Assembly (NCBI GenBank): GCA_038231275.1
Contig: JBBRLQ010000009.1
Coordinates: forward strand, 160,001 to 224,000
From: Polyangiales bacterium
Lineage (GTDB): Bacteria; Myxococcota_A; Polyangia; Polyangiales; Polyangiaceae
DNA length: 64,000 nt
Direction: 5' to 3'
The notes beneath the pieces were generated by a model that was not told the DNA's origin, did no database searches, and worked only from the letters and a program-made list of their open reading frames with translations. Of the stretch, positions 31,369 to 41,220 are shown one piece after another (within the stretch, counting starts at the first letter, position 1; the number at the start of each line of letters is the position of its first letter). Made by a program: the position numbers and the translations under genes.

Positions 31369-32493
31369 TCAGCGGGCCGCGCGGACGCTGATCGGCTTCT
31401 GCCGAACGAAGATCTCGTCGGGGAGCGCATGTAGAACGCACGCATCGTCACGCTCGAAGGCGTGGACGGCGTATCCGCGATCGATCGGGGTGCGATCGCC
31501 GACCAGGAGCACGCGGCCGTTCTGCACCCACGCGAGCCCGCGGATGCCCTTGTCGAAGCTCTCGCTCGGGCCGATCACGTTCTTCGCGAGGACCGCGCCG
31601 GTCTGCGCGTCGAACGTCGCAAGCGAGGTGCGGTTCAACGTCGGCGTGGCGTCGGCGAGGACGACTGCGCCACATCGGTTCTTCACGGCGACCTCTGCGA
31701 CGCTCCCGCCGAGATCGGCCTCGTGCACCAGCAGCCGCGTCGTCCCGGTCGCGACGTCGAACCGCTCTACCCCCGCCGCGGCCTCGTCCGCCGCGTCGAA
31801 GTTGCCGGGCATAGCGAGAAAGAGCCCGCCCGCGTCCTCGACGATCGTGTTGAACGGATTTTTCCCTGCGAGCTCCACCACAGCCTCGACAGCGCGCGTC
31901 GCGACGTCGATCCGGAGCATCTGCGACGGCTGCTTGGACCGGAGCTGATCGCGATCGTCGAGGCGCTCGAGCGTCACGAACGCCTTCGGGCCAGCAGCCG
32001 TGTCGACGATGCGGATCGCGCTCGCCTGCGGGTTCCCGTCGGCGTCGTAGGACGACAGATCGATCGTCGTCGTCGAGGCCGGCGTCACGATCGCGAGGTT
32101 CGGCAGGTTGTACCGCGGAACCCAGAGCGCGCCGTCGGGCGCCGCGGCGACGTCCTGCGGGTTTGCGGTGACCTTCTTCGTGGGGTCGTTGAGATTGAAG
32201 CGGTGCCCGTCCAAATAATTGCCGCAGGTCGGATCGATCTCGAAGACGGTCCCGTCCTTGCGATTCACGAAGAAGGCGCGGCCGCGTGACACCGCGAGGG
32301 CAGGATCTCCTCCGAGGTCTCCGCCAAAGTCGAGGTGCCCGCCGCCGTCGACGACGACGAAGCCGACGCCGCTCGACGAATAGTCGCTCACCGCGATGAG
32401 CGCGTCCGATCCGCACGCCGTCGTCGGCGAGGGAGGAGGCGCATCGGCGTGGCACCCGATGACGCAGGCCAGCGCAATCCATCGTGCACGCAT
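31369..32493 (-). CDS. Beta-propeller lipoprotein
   Basis: VIGC lipobox; blade-like motifs FFVNR, NPQDVA, LWVPRY, AFVTLERLD, GKNPF. Confidence 0.72.
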   Translation of the reverse strand: MRARWIALACVIGCHADAPPPSPTTACGSDALIAVSDYSSSGVGFVVVDGGGHLDFGGDLGGDPALAVSRGRAFFVNRKDGTVFEIDPTCGNYLDGHRFNLNDPTKKVTANPQDVAAAPDGALWVPRYNLPNLAIVTPASTTTIDLSSYDADGNPQASAIRIVDTAAGPKAFVTLERLDDRDQLRSKQPSQMLRIDVATRAVEAVVELAGKNPFNTIVEDAGGLFLAMPGNFDAADEAAAGVERFDVATGTTRLLVHEADLGGSVAEVAVKNRCGAVVLADATPTLNRTSLATFDAQTGAVLAKNVIGPSESFDKGIRGLAWVQNGRVLLVGDRTPIDRGYAVHAFERDDACVLHALPDEIFVRQKPISVRAAR

Positions 32494-32503
32494 GGCGCGC
32501 AGT

Positions 32504-33037
32504 CTACTTCATGTGCATCGGATCGAGCGGCGTTCCGTCGGGCCCGTATCCGGCCTGGCGCCAGCGGTCCACGTCGTTCGTCGGGACCGGGCCCGGCAGC
32601 GGCGGCGGTGGCGACAGATCGCGTACCTCGACCTGGCAGCGTCCGCGGATGCGCTCGATTTTGATGCGCAGCGGGCGCGTGTCGGCGCCGACGTGGACGT
32701 CCTCGAAGAGCGTCTGCGACGCGCCGACCGAGAGCTTCCCGCCGCTCACCCGCGCGCGCACATAGTTCGCGACGAGCTCGGGCTCGACGTCGCCCACCGC
32801 GAGGCCTTCGGTCTGGAACTTCCACTGGAGCTCCATCACGTGCGGCATGCGAAGGCCGAAGATCGAGTCCTTGCCCTCGGCGAGCTCGCCGTTCGCCAGA
32901 TGATCGACCGGCGCCGCCTGCTTCGGGCGCGCGGGCGCCGGAGACGACGCGGCGGTCGTGTCGGGCGGCGGGGGAGGGCCCTTGCCGCACGCCGCCAGCA
33001 TCCCGCCGGCCAGGGTCGCGATGGCGATGCGCTTCAT
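32504..33037 (-). CDS. Lipoprotein directly downstream of pilY1
   Basis: MLAAC lipobox; 19 nt gap after the pilY1 stop. Confidence 0.72.
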   Translation of the reverse strand: MKRIAIATLAGGMLAACGKGPPPPPDTTAASSPAPARPKQAAPVDHLANGELAEGKDSIFGLRMPHVMELQWKFQTEGLAVGDVEPELVANYVRARVSGGKLSVGASQTLFEDVHVGADTRPLRIKIERIRGRCQVEVRDLSPPPPLPGPVPTNDVDRWRQAGYGPDGTPLDPMHMK

Positions 33038-33056
33038 GGGATCCGTGCCGTGGAGC

Positions 33057-36000
33057 TTACTCCACGATCGACGCCCACGAGTCGATCCTCGTCTTCATCT
33101 TTGGCGAGGGGAGGTTGATTTGCAGGCTGCCGCCCAGCTGGTTGGGCTGCTTGGTGGTGTTCTTGGCGGTAGCCTTCGTCGAGGCCGACGCCACGATCGA
33201 GTAGCTCGCCTGGCTGAGGTTCGAGAGGCCGGTGTACGTACCTCCCGTGAACGTGTCGTTCGCGGCGCTGGCGTCCGAGCAGGGGGGCGTCGCCTGAAGC
33301 GCGACGCCGGTGATCACATGGCCCGTGAGCCCGACGTCCGGGAGGTCGGCGGCCGGGATCGTGAAGGGCGACGCCGGGGTCTTGATCCATTTGCCGTTGT
33401 CGGCGCCGCCGCAGCCGACGTTGTTGCCGATGGAGCACGACGCAGGGGCCGCGAAGTCCATGCCCCAGATCTTCCCAGCGCCGGTCTGGCAGACGTTGCC
33501 CGCCGAAGGAGCGAACGTCGCGAAGTACGCGGCGCCGTCGAACACAGTCATCGGGCCCGTGACGCGCTCGCCGTCCGCCCACGGCAGGTACCAGTTCACG
33601 TACGACTGGCCGGTGCCGACCGTCTCGCGGAGCGAGTAGACGAAGTTGAAGGACGCGCGGTAGTCGTCCTTGTCGTTGTCTTTGCCCGGCATGAACACGG
33701 TCGTCGAGAACGTGTCCTGATCGCCGGTGGCCACGTGCATGACGAGGTTGCCCGCGCTGTCGAGCGACGTCACCGGGAGAACCGAGATCGGCTGGCCGAT
33801 GGCCGCCATTTGGTTGGCGTTGCTCGGCTTGCTGCCGGTCGTCGGCGCCGGGAGGTTGGCCGCCGAGAGCGCGTCCGTGTTGAACGCGTCGAAGAAGATC
33901 TCGCCGATCCACAACGCCGGGTTGTTGTTGGAGACGTCGAAGCGCCAGATCGTGCCGTCGATGTCGCCGACGTAGAACTTCGTCGCCACCGCGCCGACCT
34001 GCGCGGGGTAGACGACCGGTGTGCCGGTCATCGGCGAGTCGAGCGGCGTGTTGGTCTGACGGCTCTTGGCGGCGATGATGCCCGGGATGTCGTTGAGCGT
34101 GGGCGTGCCGGCGGTGTAGCGGCCGAAGGTGCGGATGATCTCGCCGGTGTCGAGGCGCACGATGGTCACCGAGCGTCCCGCAACGCCGCCGCCGATGCCC
34201 GCCCCGCCGCACGAGACGGAGCTCCATTCACGCACCTTGGTGCGCGCGGGAAAGAGCGAGCCCGCCGGGAGCTTGTTGGTCGCTTTGGTCGCGCGCGTGC
34301 AAGTACCGGTCGGCGAGCCGCTCACGCCGCCAGGGAGGATCGCGACGCCAACCTCGTGCACCACCGAGCTCGAGTCGGCGATGGCGAGGGTCGTGATCGC
34401 CGGCGTCGCCGAGTGGCTCCCGAAGAGCTGCACCTCGTTGGAGGCGACGGGGAGCTTGGCGAGCTGCCAGAGGAAGTGCGGGCCCTTGCCGCTCGTGTAC
34501 ACGGTGTTGCGCGCCGGCACCGGGCTATCGGCGGGCGCGGGCGGCAAGGTCGACGTCGACGCGTTCCAGTGCCCCGTTCCGAGTTGCGCGACGAGCGGGT
34601 CGGAGATGTCGAGGGCGTAGTATCCGGTGCCGGCCGAGCCCATGCCCGCGACGAGCGCGGTGTGCCACGGCGTGACCAACGACGTGTCGGTGCGGTCGAA
34701 GACGACGTCCTTCGCGATCGGCGCGCCGTCGAGCAACGTCGATCCGCCGCCCGGATAGTTCGACTTCAACGCAGGCAGGACGGCAGGCGGGATGAACGAC
34801 CACATCTCGTTGTTCGTCGGCGCGTTCGAGGTCGTGCACGTGGCCGGGTTCGTCCCGGCGACGTTGATGGCCGTCGCTCCGTTCGTGTACGAGAAGCCCT
34901 TCGGGGGCGGCTCGCTCGTCGCGTCGAACGCGTGGAGGAGGCCGTCGATCGTCACCGCATAGAGCACCTGCGGCCGATTCTGGTTGTTCGTCGCGAACGC
35001 GCGATAGGAATCGTCGCGCGCTTGGGCCGACGGCGGCGGCACCACGACGGGGTTCGCGTGGAGGATCGCGCCGAGCGCGCTGAAGTTGTTGGCATTGCCC
35101 TTCGCGCGCGAGAAAAAGCCGGCGAAGTCGTACGTGCCCGAGGTCGGGCTCGGCGTCACCGCTTGGCCGAGCGCGAAGCCGAGCACGGCCTTCTCGCACT
35201 CTACCGCAGAGAGCTGCCCGAACGCGGTGCCGATCCATGTGAACGCGGGGCAGGGGCTGTTGATGCCAAGGTAGGTCGGAGTGAGCGTGCTCATGAGCGC
35301 GGTGAGGTCGGCGCCTATCTCGAAGCCCTGTCGTGCGGTCGCGCCGTCGACGTCGCTCGGGATGTACTGGCGCATCGTCATCGTCGAATCGATGGGCGTG
35401 CCTTGATCCTGAACGGTGAGCACGTTGCGCGTCGTAGAGTTCGAGTCCACGTTGATGCGGAAGTCGTCGCCCGCCGAGCAGTCGATCGGCTGGACGACGG
35501 CCGGCGGCGACTTCGACGTGTCGCACTTGGTCCGGATGCGCTGGACGCTGCCCGACCAGGGCCACGCGTTGGAGTTCTTGGAGTTTCCGGAACCCGGCGC
35601 CGGGTTCGTCGTGTCGAACGACGCAAGGTACTGCGACGAGACGGCGATCGAGCTCGCGAGCGACGAGAGCACCGGGCTGAACGAAGGCACCGTCTTCGAC
35701 GAAGCCTTGTCGGTGATCTGGCCGAGGATCGCGGAGAAGACCTTGCTCAAGTCCTGCCCGTTGTCGACGAAGTATGCGCCGACGCCGGGGGTGCCCGACG
35801 GCGTCCCGGCGATCGCGATCTTCTGGAGCATGCAGCAGGCTTCGAGCGGGCCGCCGACCGGCGGATCGAGGCCCGGAACGTTCGCGGTGTTGCAGATCAG
35901 GTCGCCTGTGGGCGTGAACTTCGGGGGCGCGCCGGGAGCGACGATCAGGTTGCTGTCGCATTTCGTGTTGAGCGGAAGCCCCCCGGCCGGGGACAGATCC

Positions 36001-37427
36001 GTCGACATCGCGAAGCCGATGACGAAGGTGGTCACGGTCGGGAAGGTGCCACCCGGACCGCCGGCGGCGAGGTCCTTGCTGATGTCCTCGGAGCGGTCGT
36101 TGTTGCTCGTCAGGGTGAAGGGGCATTTGCCGACGTTCGGCGCCGTCTGGGTCTGGCACGAGCGCTCGAGGTCGAGGTTCGGCGTGCCGTCCGTCATGAG
36201 GACGATGTACTGATCGCGGCAGCCAACGACGCCGGCGCCGTTGGCGCTGCTCGAGTACGGATCGCTCCGATACGGGCCGTTGGGATCGTTGAAGAAGTAA
36301 TTGCGCGCGTCCCACAGCATGCCCTGGATCGGCGTGGCGCCGTACGGACGGGTCGCGAGCATGACGCGCTGCACGTAGTCGTTCGTCGCCTCGACGTCGG
36401 TGAGCGGCGCCGCCGGATCGGGGAAGGTGACCATGCGCCCTTCCCACATCGGCGCGGCCGGGTTGCGCGCGCCGACCTCGAAGTCGGCGAGCGTTGCGCA
36501 CTGATCGGGTCGCCCCTGGCACTGGCCGCCTGCGCCGGGCCACGGACAGGCGCCGGCCAGCCACGTGACGCCGTCCCACGCCGGGAAGTAGCTGAAGTTG
36601 CCGTCGAAGAAATTCGCCGGGAGGTTGTTGACCGGCGTCGACGTGTCCATGCCGGTGCCGGCCTTGGTGTCTGCGTCGAACGTCATGAGCCCGAAGCGGG
36701 CGAGATCGCGCGCCGAGTCGATGACGCCGTCCTGGATCTGCGTCATCGCAGCCAGATCCGGGTTGCACGACTGCGAGAGCGGCGCGGTCTTCGAGGCCGT
36801 CGAGAAGATCTTGGACGCGTCGAACACCGCGAGCGCGTCGGCGCCGTACTCATCGGCGTCGTTCTTCGTCTGCCGGTGCGAGCCGAAGCCGGCTGCGCCG
36901 ACGCCGGTGCCGGACCCGCCATTGTCGGAGAGGTACCATGGGCCGACGGTGCAGTAGTTGCCGGCGCTGTCTTGGCTGACCGGGCGGTGGTAGGGCACCG
37001 TGTAGCCGTAGTCGTAGGGCTTCGCCCCGTTGACGGTGTACTCGTCGCGGAACGTCGGTCCCGAGCGATCCTGCGCCATGCAGAAATACCCGTTCGAGAA
37101 CTGACCGGTCATCGTCTGGAGGATCGTGCCCCAGCGATTGGCGCAGGTTGCCGTGAACGGGCCGGTGCCCGGGGTGAGGACCGAACATTTCGAGGGCAGT
37201 CCGGGGCAGTGCACGGGGTCGGCATTTCCGCCGCTCGACTCCGGATCGGTCCCGTCGATCATCGCCTCCATCGAGCCCGAGTTGTCGAGCAGGAGCATGA
37301 CGTTCGGGAGCGGCGGCGTCGGCGTCGTCTGCGTCTTCTTCGCGAGCGCGTGCCCGGCCACTGCCGAAGCGGCGACGCAGACGCCGATGGCCGAAACCAC
37401 ACGGAGGAATCGGGCCGGATTACGCAT
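33057..37427 (-). CDS. pilY1: PilY1-like type IV pilus adhesin (vWA + beta-propeller)
   Basis: Sec signal; MIDAS LLDNSGSM...GATP...MTDG; propeller motifs LGAILHANP, DGLLHAF, EMWSFIPP, LDGAP, YYALDISDP, YVGDIDGTIWRFD; SD GGAGG. Confidence 0.88.
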   Translation of the reverse strand: MRNPARFLRVVSAIGVCVAASAVAGHALAKKTQTTPTPPLPNVMLLLDNSGSMEAMIDGTDPESSGGNADPVHCPGLPSKCSVLTPGTGPFTATCANRWGTILQTMTGQFSNGYFCMAQDRSGPTFRDEYTVNGAKPYDYGYTVPYHRPVSQDSAGNYCTVGPWYLSDNGGSGTGVGAAGFGSHRQTKNDADEYGADALAVFDASKIFSTASKTAPLSQSCNPDLAAMTQIQDGVIDSARDLARFGLMTFDADTKAGTGMDTSTPVNNLPANFFDGNFSYFPAWDGVTWLAGACPWPGAGGQCQGRPDQCATLADFEVGARNPAAPMWEGRMVTFPDPAAPLTDVEATNDYVQRVMLATRPYGATPIQGMLWDARNYFFNDPNGPYRSDPYSSSANGAGVVGCRDQYIVLMTDGTPNLDLERSCQTQTAPNVGKCPFTLTSNNDRSEDISKDLAAGGPGGTFPTVTTFVIGFAMSTDLSPAGGLPLNTKCDSNLIVAPGAPPKFTPTGDLICNTANVPGLDPPVGGPLEACCMLQKIAIAGTPSGTPGVGAYFVDNGQDLSKVFSAILGQITDKASSKTVPSFSPVLSSLASSIAVSSQYLASFDTTNPAPGSGNSKNSNAWPWSGSVQRIRTKCDTSKSPPAVVQPIDCSAGDDFRINVDSNSTTRNVLTVQDQGTPIDSTMTMRQYIPSDVDGATARQGFEIGADLTALMSTLTPTYLGINSPCPAFTWIGTAFGQLSAVECEKAVLGFALGQAVTPSPTSGTYDFAGFFSRAKGNANNFSALGAILHANPVVVPPPSAQARDDSYRAFATNNQNRPQVLYAVTIDGLLHAFDATSEPPPKGFSYTNGATAINVAGTNPATCTTSNAPTNNEMWSFIPPAVLPALKSNYPGGGSTLLDGAPIAKDVVFDRTDTSLVTPWHTALVAGMGSAGTGYYALDISDPLVAQLGTGHWNASTSTLPPAPADSPVPARNTVYTSGKGPHFLWQLAKLPVASNEVQLFGSHSATPAITTLAIADSSSVVHEVGVAILPGGVSGSPTGTCTRATKATNKLPAGSLFPARTKVREWSSVSCGGAGIGGGVAGRSVTIVRLDTGEIIRTFGRYTAGTPTLNDIPGIIAAKSRQTNTPLDSPMTGTPVVYPAQVGAVATKFYVGDIDGTIWRFDVSNNNPALWIGEIFFDAFNTDALSAANLPAPTTGSKPSNANQMAAIGQPISVLPVTSLDSAGNLVMHVATGDQDTFSTTVFMPGKDNDKDDYRASFNFVYSLRETVGTGQSYVNWYLPWADGERVTGPMTVFDGAAYFATFAPSAGNVCQTGAGKIWGMDFAAPASCSIGNNVGCGGADNGKWIKTPASPFTIPAADLPDVGLTGHVITGVALQATPPCSDASAANDTFTGGTYTGLSNLSQASYSIVASASTKATAKNTTKQPNQLGGSLQINLPSPKMKTRIDSWASIVE

Positions 37428-37463
37428 GACCAATTCCTCCAATGACGATGGGACGAGGCGCGA

Positions 37464-38222
37464 TCACTGTGGGCATGGGATCGGTCCTCCGGTGACCCTT
37501 CCGCGCCCCGTTTCGAGGCTGGAGGACCCGTAGATTTGCAGGTTGTTGGCGAGGCTCTGCGGCGGCATGACCTGCCCGTACGTCGTCACGGAGAACGAGA
37601 CCGGACACAGGCTGAGAGTCGTCTGGCTCTGCCCGATGTTCGCGTTGCCGGCGAGCGGCTCGTAAAATTGCGTGTCGGTGATCTCCACGCTGAAGTTGCC
37701 CTCGAGCTGCACCGCGCCGGTCGCGCCGGGGCCGGCGAACGACGGGAATGCTTGGGCGGCGGTGCGGAGCGGTGCCGTCAGCCCCACCCACCCCTGCGAG
37801 AGATCGCTCATGCGCAGGATTTTGCACGCGCGCGAGCTGGCGCTGGCCGTCACCGGGACCGCCTCGAGCGACGCGCAGTGGTTGCGCGGGAACGTGTCGT
37901 CGTAGTCGCCGACCGATTTGGTGGAGAGAAGCCCGGGCGTCCGCATCATCGCCTCGATCGCGATGGCGTAGTCCGGCCCCAACTTCGCCGAGGCCGCGAC
38001 CATGCCGTACTCGGCGAGGTAGTGCGTCTGCAGGGCTTGCCGCTCGTAGCCGGCGCTCTTGATCTCGGTCGACGCGCTGATCAGCGCGAAGGCGCCGAGC
38101 GACACGAGCACGCCGATCGTCATCGACACGATGAAGACGACCGCGCCGCCCTGCCGCGCGCGCCGGCGTGCGCGACGCTTCGCGACGACGAGAGAGGAGC
38201 TCTGGTGCGTTTGCGTCGTCAT
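37464..38222 (-). CDS. pilX: PilX-like minor pilin
   Basis: Basic leader, G/AVVFIVSM without Glu5, YLAEYG; ATGA overlap. Confidence 0.75.
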   Translation of the reverse strand: MTTQTHQSSSLVVAKRRARRRARQGGAVVFIVSMTIGVLVSLGAFALISASTEIKSAGYERQALQTHYLAEYGMVAASAKLGPDYAIAIEAMMRTPGLLSTKSVGDYDDTFPRNHCASLEAVPVTASASSRACKILRMSDLSQGWVGLTAPLRTAAQAFPSFAGPGATGAVQLEGNFSVEITDTQFYEPLAGNANIGQSQTTLSLCPVSFSVTTYGQVMPPQSLANNLQIYGSSSLETGRGRVTGGPIPCPQ

Positions 38223-39598
38223 GGGTAGGCCGCCCCCGCGAGGTTGTTGAGCGCCACCTCGGTGATGGTCTCGCGGACGCGCGCGAACGCCAAGCACGGA
38301 GCCGCCGAGGGGCTGGTGCAGTACCGGTACATGTACTTGTAGTCGGGCGGCGCGTAGCTGGGCGGGCTCACGACGCTCAAGCGATCGGCGATCGCCGTGC
38401 GCGTCGCGAGACGGACGCGAACCGAACGAATGCGCTGCGGCCCCGTCGCACCTGCGCTGGGGGAGCCGCCGTAGAGGGCGTTGTTCCCCGATATGTCGTC
38501 GAACGGGTAGGTGCTCTGCACGCGCACCGGGTTCGGGACCGCCGTGCCGCTCCCCGCCGTGCTGTCGACGGTGAACGCGAACTTGAGATCCACCGCATAC
38601 TCGGCGACCAGATCGGGCGTCCCCACCTCCGTGCCGGCCGAGTCGAGGTAGTAGCGATAGAGGTCGAAGCGAGCAGGGTCGGCCACCGTCGCGAGCGGCG
38701 CGTACGCCACGTCAGGCGGAGCCAGCTTGTACCGCACGGTCAGCGCCGGGCTGACCGTCGAACCTGCGAGGAACGCCGACTGCCCGCCGTTGTTCGTGCT
38801 CGCGTTGGGCGTGACGAGCGTGGGAGTGGAGCCGAGATCCACGAACGGCACGCCCGCGGTGACGCCCGCGGCGCATGCGTCGATGTACTGCACGCGCCCC
38901 TGGAGATCCTGGATGCGCACGACGAAGCGCTTCGTCGCGACGGGCACGAAATTGCGCACCATCATGTCGTTCGGGCCGCTCGCTCCGCCCGTCTTCAGGA
39001 CGCGCCAGGAGGGGGGATTGTCGAGCGCGAGCAAGAGCTTCGGCCCGCCGCACCCGGAGATCGCCCCGAGCTGCTGGATCGAGTACCCATCGACCGTGTT
39101 CATGTTGCCCGTGATGTCGATCGCGTCCGGGCTCAGGTTGTTGTTGTTCGAGTAGGGTTTGCTGTCGTCGGTGCCGGCCGTCGTCCCCGCAGGGAAGCCC
39201 AGCGCGATGTTGGCCTTCTTCGCCGAGCCGCCGACGAAGAGGCGGATCCCGGCCATCCGCTGGACGATGAACGGCGCGCCGCCCAGGTTGTAGTTGGAGA
39301 CGATCCGCGGATCGCCGAGGATGTTTGGGCTCGTCATGAACGCCGCGCGCCCCAGGTCGGCACGGAGTCGATCGATCGCGGTGCGCACCGAAAACTGCGC
39401 CTGCGAGGCGCGCATGTCCTCGTGGAAGCTGTTCGTCGCCTCTTTCGAGAGACCCACGACCGCGATTCCGACGAGCAGCCCGCCGACGAGCGCGACGGCG
39501 AGCTCGATGAGCGTGAAGCCGCCGGCGCGGCGACGTGCGCGTGCGCGTGCGAGGACGGATCGGGGGATGGAGGGAGGCGTCGTCATTCTCTCCGTCAT
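38219..39598 (-). CDS. pilW: PilW-like minor pilin
   Basis: G/FTLIELAVAL prepilin site; LRADLGRAAF; LVAEYAVDLKFAF; IRSVRVRL. Confidence 0.82.
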   Translation of the reverse strand: MTERMTTPPSIPRSVLARARARRRAGGFTLIELAVALVGGLLVGIAVVGLSKEATNSFHEDMRASQAQFSVRTAIDRLRADLGRAAFMTSPNILGDPRIVSNYNLGGAPFIVQRMAGIRLFVGGSAKKANIALGFPAGTTAGTDDSKPYSNNNNLSPDAIDITGNMNTVDGYSIQQLGAISGCGGPKLLLALDNPPSWRVLKTGGASGPNDMMVRNFVPVATKRFVVRIQDLQGRVQYIDACAAGVTAGVPFVDLGSTPTLVTPNASTNNGGQSAFLAGSTVSPALTVRYKLAPPDVAYAPLATVADPARFDLYRYYLDSAGTEVGTPDLVAEYAVDLKFAFTVDSTAGSGTAVPNPVRVQSTYPFDDISGNNALYGGSPSAGATGPQRIRSVRVRLATRTAIADRLSVVSPPSYAPPDYKYMYRYCTSPSAAPCLAFARVRETITEVALNNLAGAAYP

Positions 39599-40278
39599 TC
39601 TCCGAGCGGGGTGAGGCGGAGCATCGTCGAGGCGTAAACGAAGTGGTAGACCGCCGGGCCGCCGGTCGCGCCGTCGGGGCCGTTCGTCGCGCCGAGCGCC
39701 GCAGTGTCGCAGAAGCCGTTGCCGCCCGAGTAGGGGGCCGTAGCGCTCTGCGTGAGCTGACGCGGCCAATAGACGCGAACCTCCGCGCGGACGAGATCGG
39801 CAGCCCCGCCGTCGGCCGACGCGCTGTCGAGCCAGATGTTGACGCAAAACGACGCGTCCCCGTACTTGTCCTGCGCGAGGTCGCGCCCGAGAATGTCGAA
39901 CGCGGGGCAGAGTCCGTCGGCGTTGGAGCCCGTCGCCGTCGCCGGACACAGCGTCGTGGGCATCGCCCACTTGCCGTAGTAGGTGCTCGTCAGCTTGATG
40001 TAGTTGGTCTGGCCGAGCGGCGTCGCGACGCTGTTCTGCGTCCACATCATCGCGTCGCGCCGAAGCCGCTCCAGCCAGTCGCGCGCGATGGCGTTCGCCA
40101 TGTCGAGCTTTCGCGCGTCGGAGTTGCCCTGAATCGAGGCGCGCTGCATCGCGATGACGCTCGCCGCGCCGACCGCGAAGACGGTCATCGCCATGAGCAC
40201 CTCGATCGCGGTGTACCCGCGCGCGCGGCGTCGGCTGCGGATCGCGAGGGTCTTCGAGGAGGGTGTAGGCATCGTCAT
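39595..40278 (-). CDS. pilV: PilV-like minor pilin
   Basis: RG/YTAIEVLMAMTVFAVG; IARDWLERLR; VRVYW. Confidence 0.8.
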   Translation of the reverse strand: MTMPTPSSKTLAIRSRRRARGYTAIEVLMAMTVFAVGAASVIAMQRASIQGNSDARKLDMANAIARDWLERLRRDAMMWTQNSVATPLGQTNYIKLTSTYYGKWAMPTTLCPATATGSNADGLCPAFDILGRDLAQDKYGDASFCVNIWLDSASADGGAADLVRAEVRVYWPRQLTQSATAPYSGGNGFCDTAALGATNGPDGATGGPAVYHFVYASTMLRLTPLGE

Positions 40279-40283
40279 CAGGT

Positions 40284-41018
40284 TTAGTTCGAGTACAGGC
40301 GCGCAACGCCGGCCGGCGGGACGAGCACGTGACGCTTCAAGCCGATGCCGCTCGTGCATCCGCCGCCGCGCCGCATGCAGACGTCGACGTCGATGAACGT
40401 GTTGCCGACCGCGAATGCCGGGATCGCCGAGCCGGTCGACACGTACGTCCGGCCGGCGGGGGTGAAGCAGACCCACGCGATCGACACGCCGGAGCCGCCG
40501 GCCGGGTTCCCGGTGCGATCCACGTACGCGACGTCGATCGACGATTGGAAATCGAGCGTCACGTCGAGGTTCAGGTTGTAGTCGAGGGCGTCGAGCGGGA
40601 GGGCGTTGCTGGTCGGCGGCGGAGATGCCGGATCCCACGACGGGGTGAGGCAGCTGGCGATCGGGGTGCGGTTGGTCGTGTCCGACGTCGGGGCACTGCC
40701 GTTGGTCGTCGCGTTGGCGGTGACCGCCTCGAAGACGCGGAACGTCCCACGATCGGCGGCGCCCGACGCCGTCATCATCACCGCGACCGCGCCGCCGCGA
40801 CCGATCGCCCGAAGACGCGCGCCCCGCAGGATCTGCGCGACCTGCATCGAGTTGTTGTAGGCGTGCCGATCGTCGCGCGCGCGGATCATCGACGGGATCG
40901 CGAGCGCGGCGAGCACGGAAACGACGATCACGACGACCATCAGCTCGATGAGCGTGAACCCTCGCGCCGCGCCGCGCGCGGTCCTTATCGAAGCACTTCG
41001 TTCAGGAAGGGATCGCAC
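40284..41018 (-). CDS. fimU: FimT/FimU-like minor pilin
   Basis: RG/FTLIELMVVVIVVSVLAALAIP; LRGARLRAI; CFTPAG. Confidence 0.8.
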   Translation of the reverse strand: MRSLPERSASIRTARGAARGFTLIELMVVVIVVSVLAALAIPSMIRARDDRHAYNNSMQVAQILRGARLRAIGRGGAVAVMMTASGAADRGTFRVFEAVTANATTNGSAPTSDTTNRTPIASCLTPSWDPASPPPTSNALPLDALDYNLNLDVTLDFQSSIDVAYVDRTGNPAGGSGVSIAWVCFTPAGRTYVSTGSAIPAFAVGNTFIDVDVCMRRGGGCTSGIGLKRHVLVPPAGVARLYSN

Positions 41019-41031
41019 CGTGTTCCTTTTT

Positions 41032-41048
41032 AGCAAGGCGCGTGCCCC
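41032..41048 (-). promoter_or_regulatory. Putative sigma54 promoter of the minor pilin operon
   Basis: Minus strand GGGGCACGCGCCTTGCT, GG-N10-GC; GTG 41018 is 15 nt after the GC. Confidence 0.62.
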
Positions 41049-41220
41049 CTGGATGAGGCGCCTCGCGTGGGAAATTCTAGCGATTTTCTCCCTACGAGGG
41101 CCAAGCAAAGTCGAAACGATTGCCGGGCTATGAAAAAGCTGCGAGGCGCCTCGATGTGGGTGCGGCGGCCGTGGTGGCGACGCGGTAGACGCATCACTCC
41201 TCGCGGAGTACACGGTGGGA

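Noticed and set aside
31369..32493. Propeller lipoprotein as a cobalamin-uptake component
   Set aside because: No TonB-dependent receptor, ABC transporter or cobalamin riboswitch seen nearby
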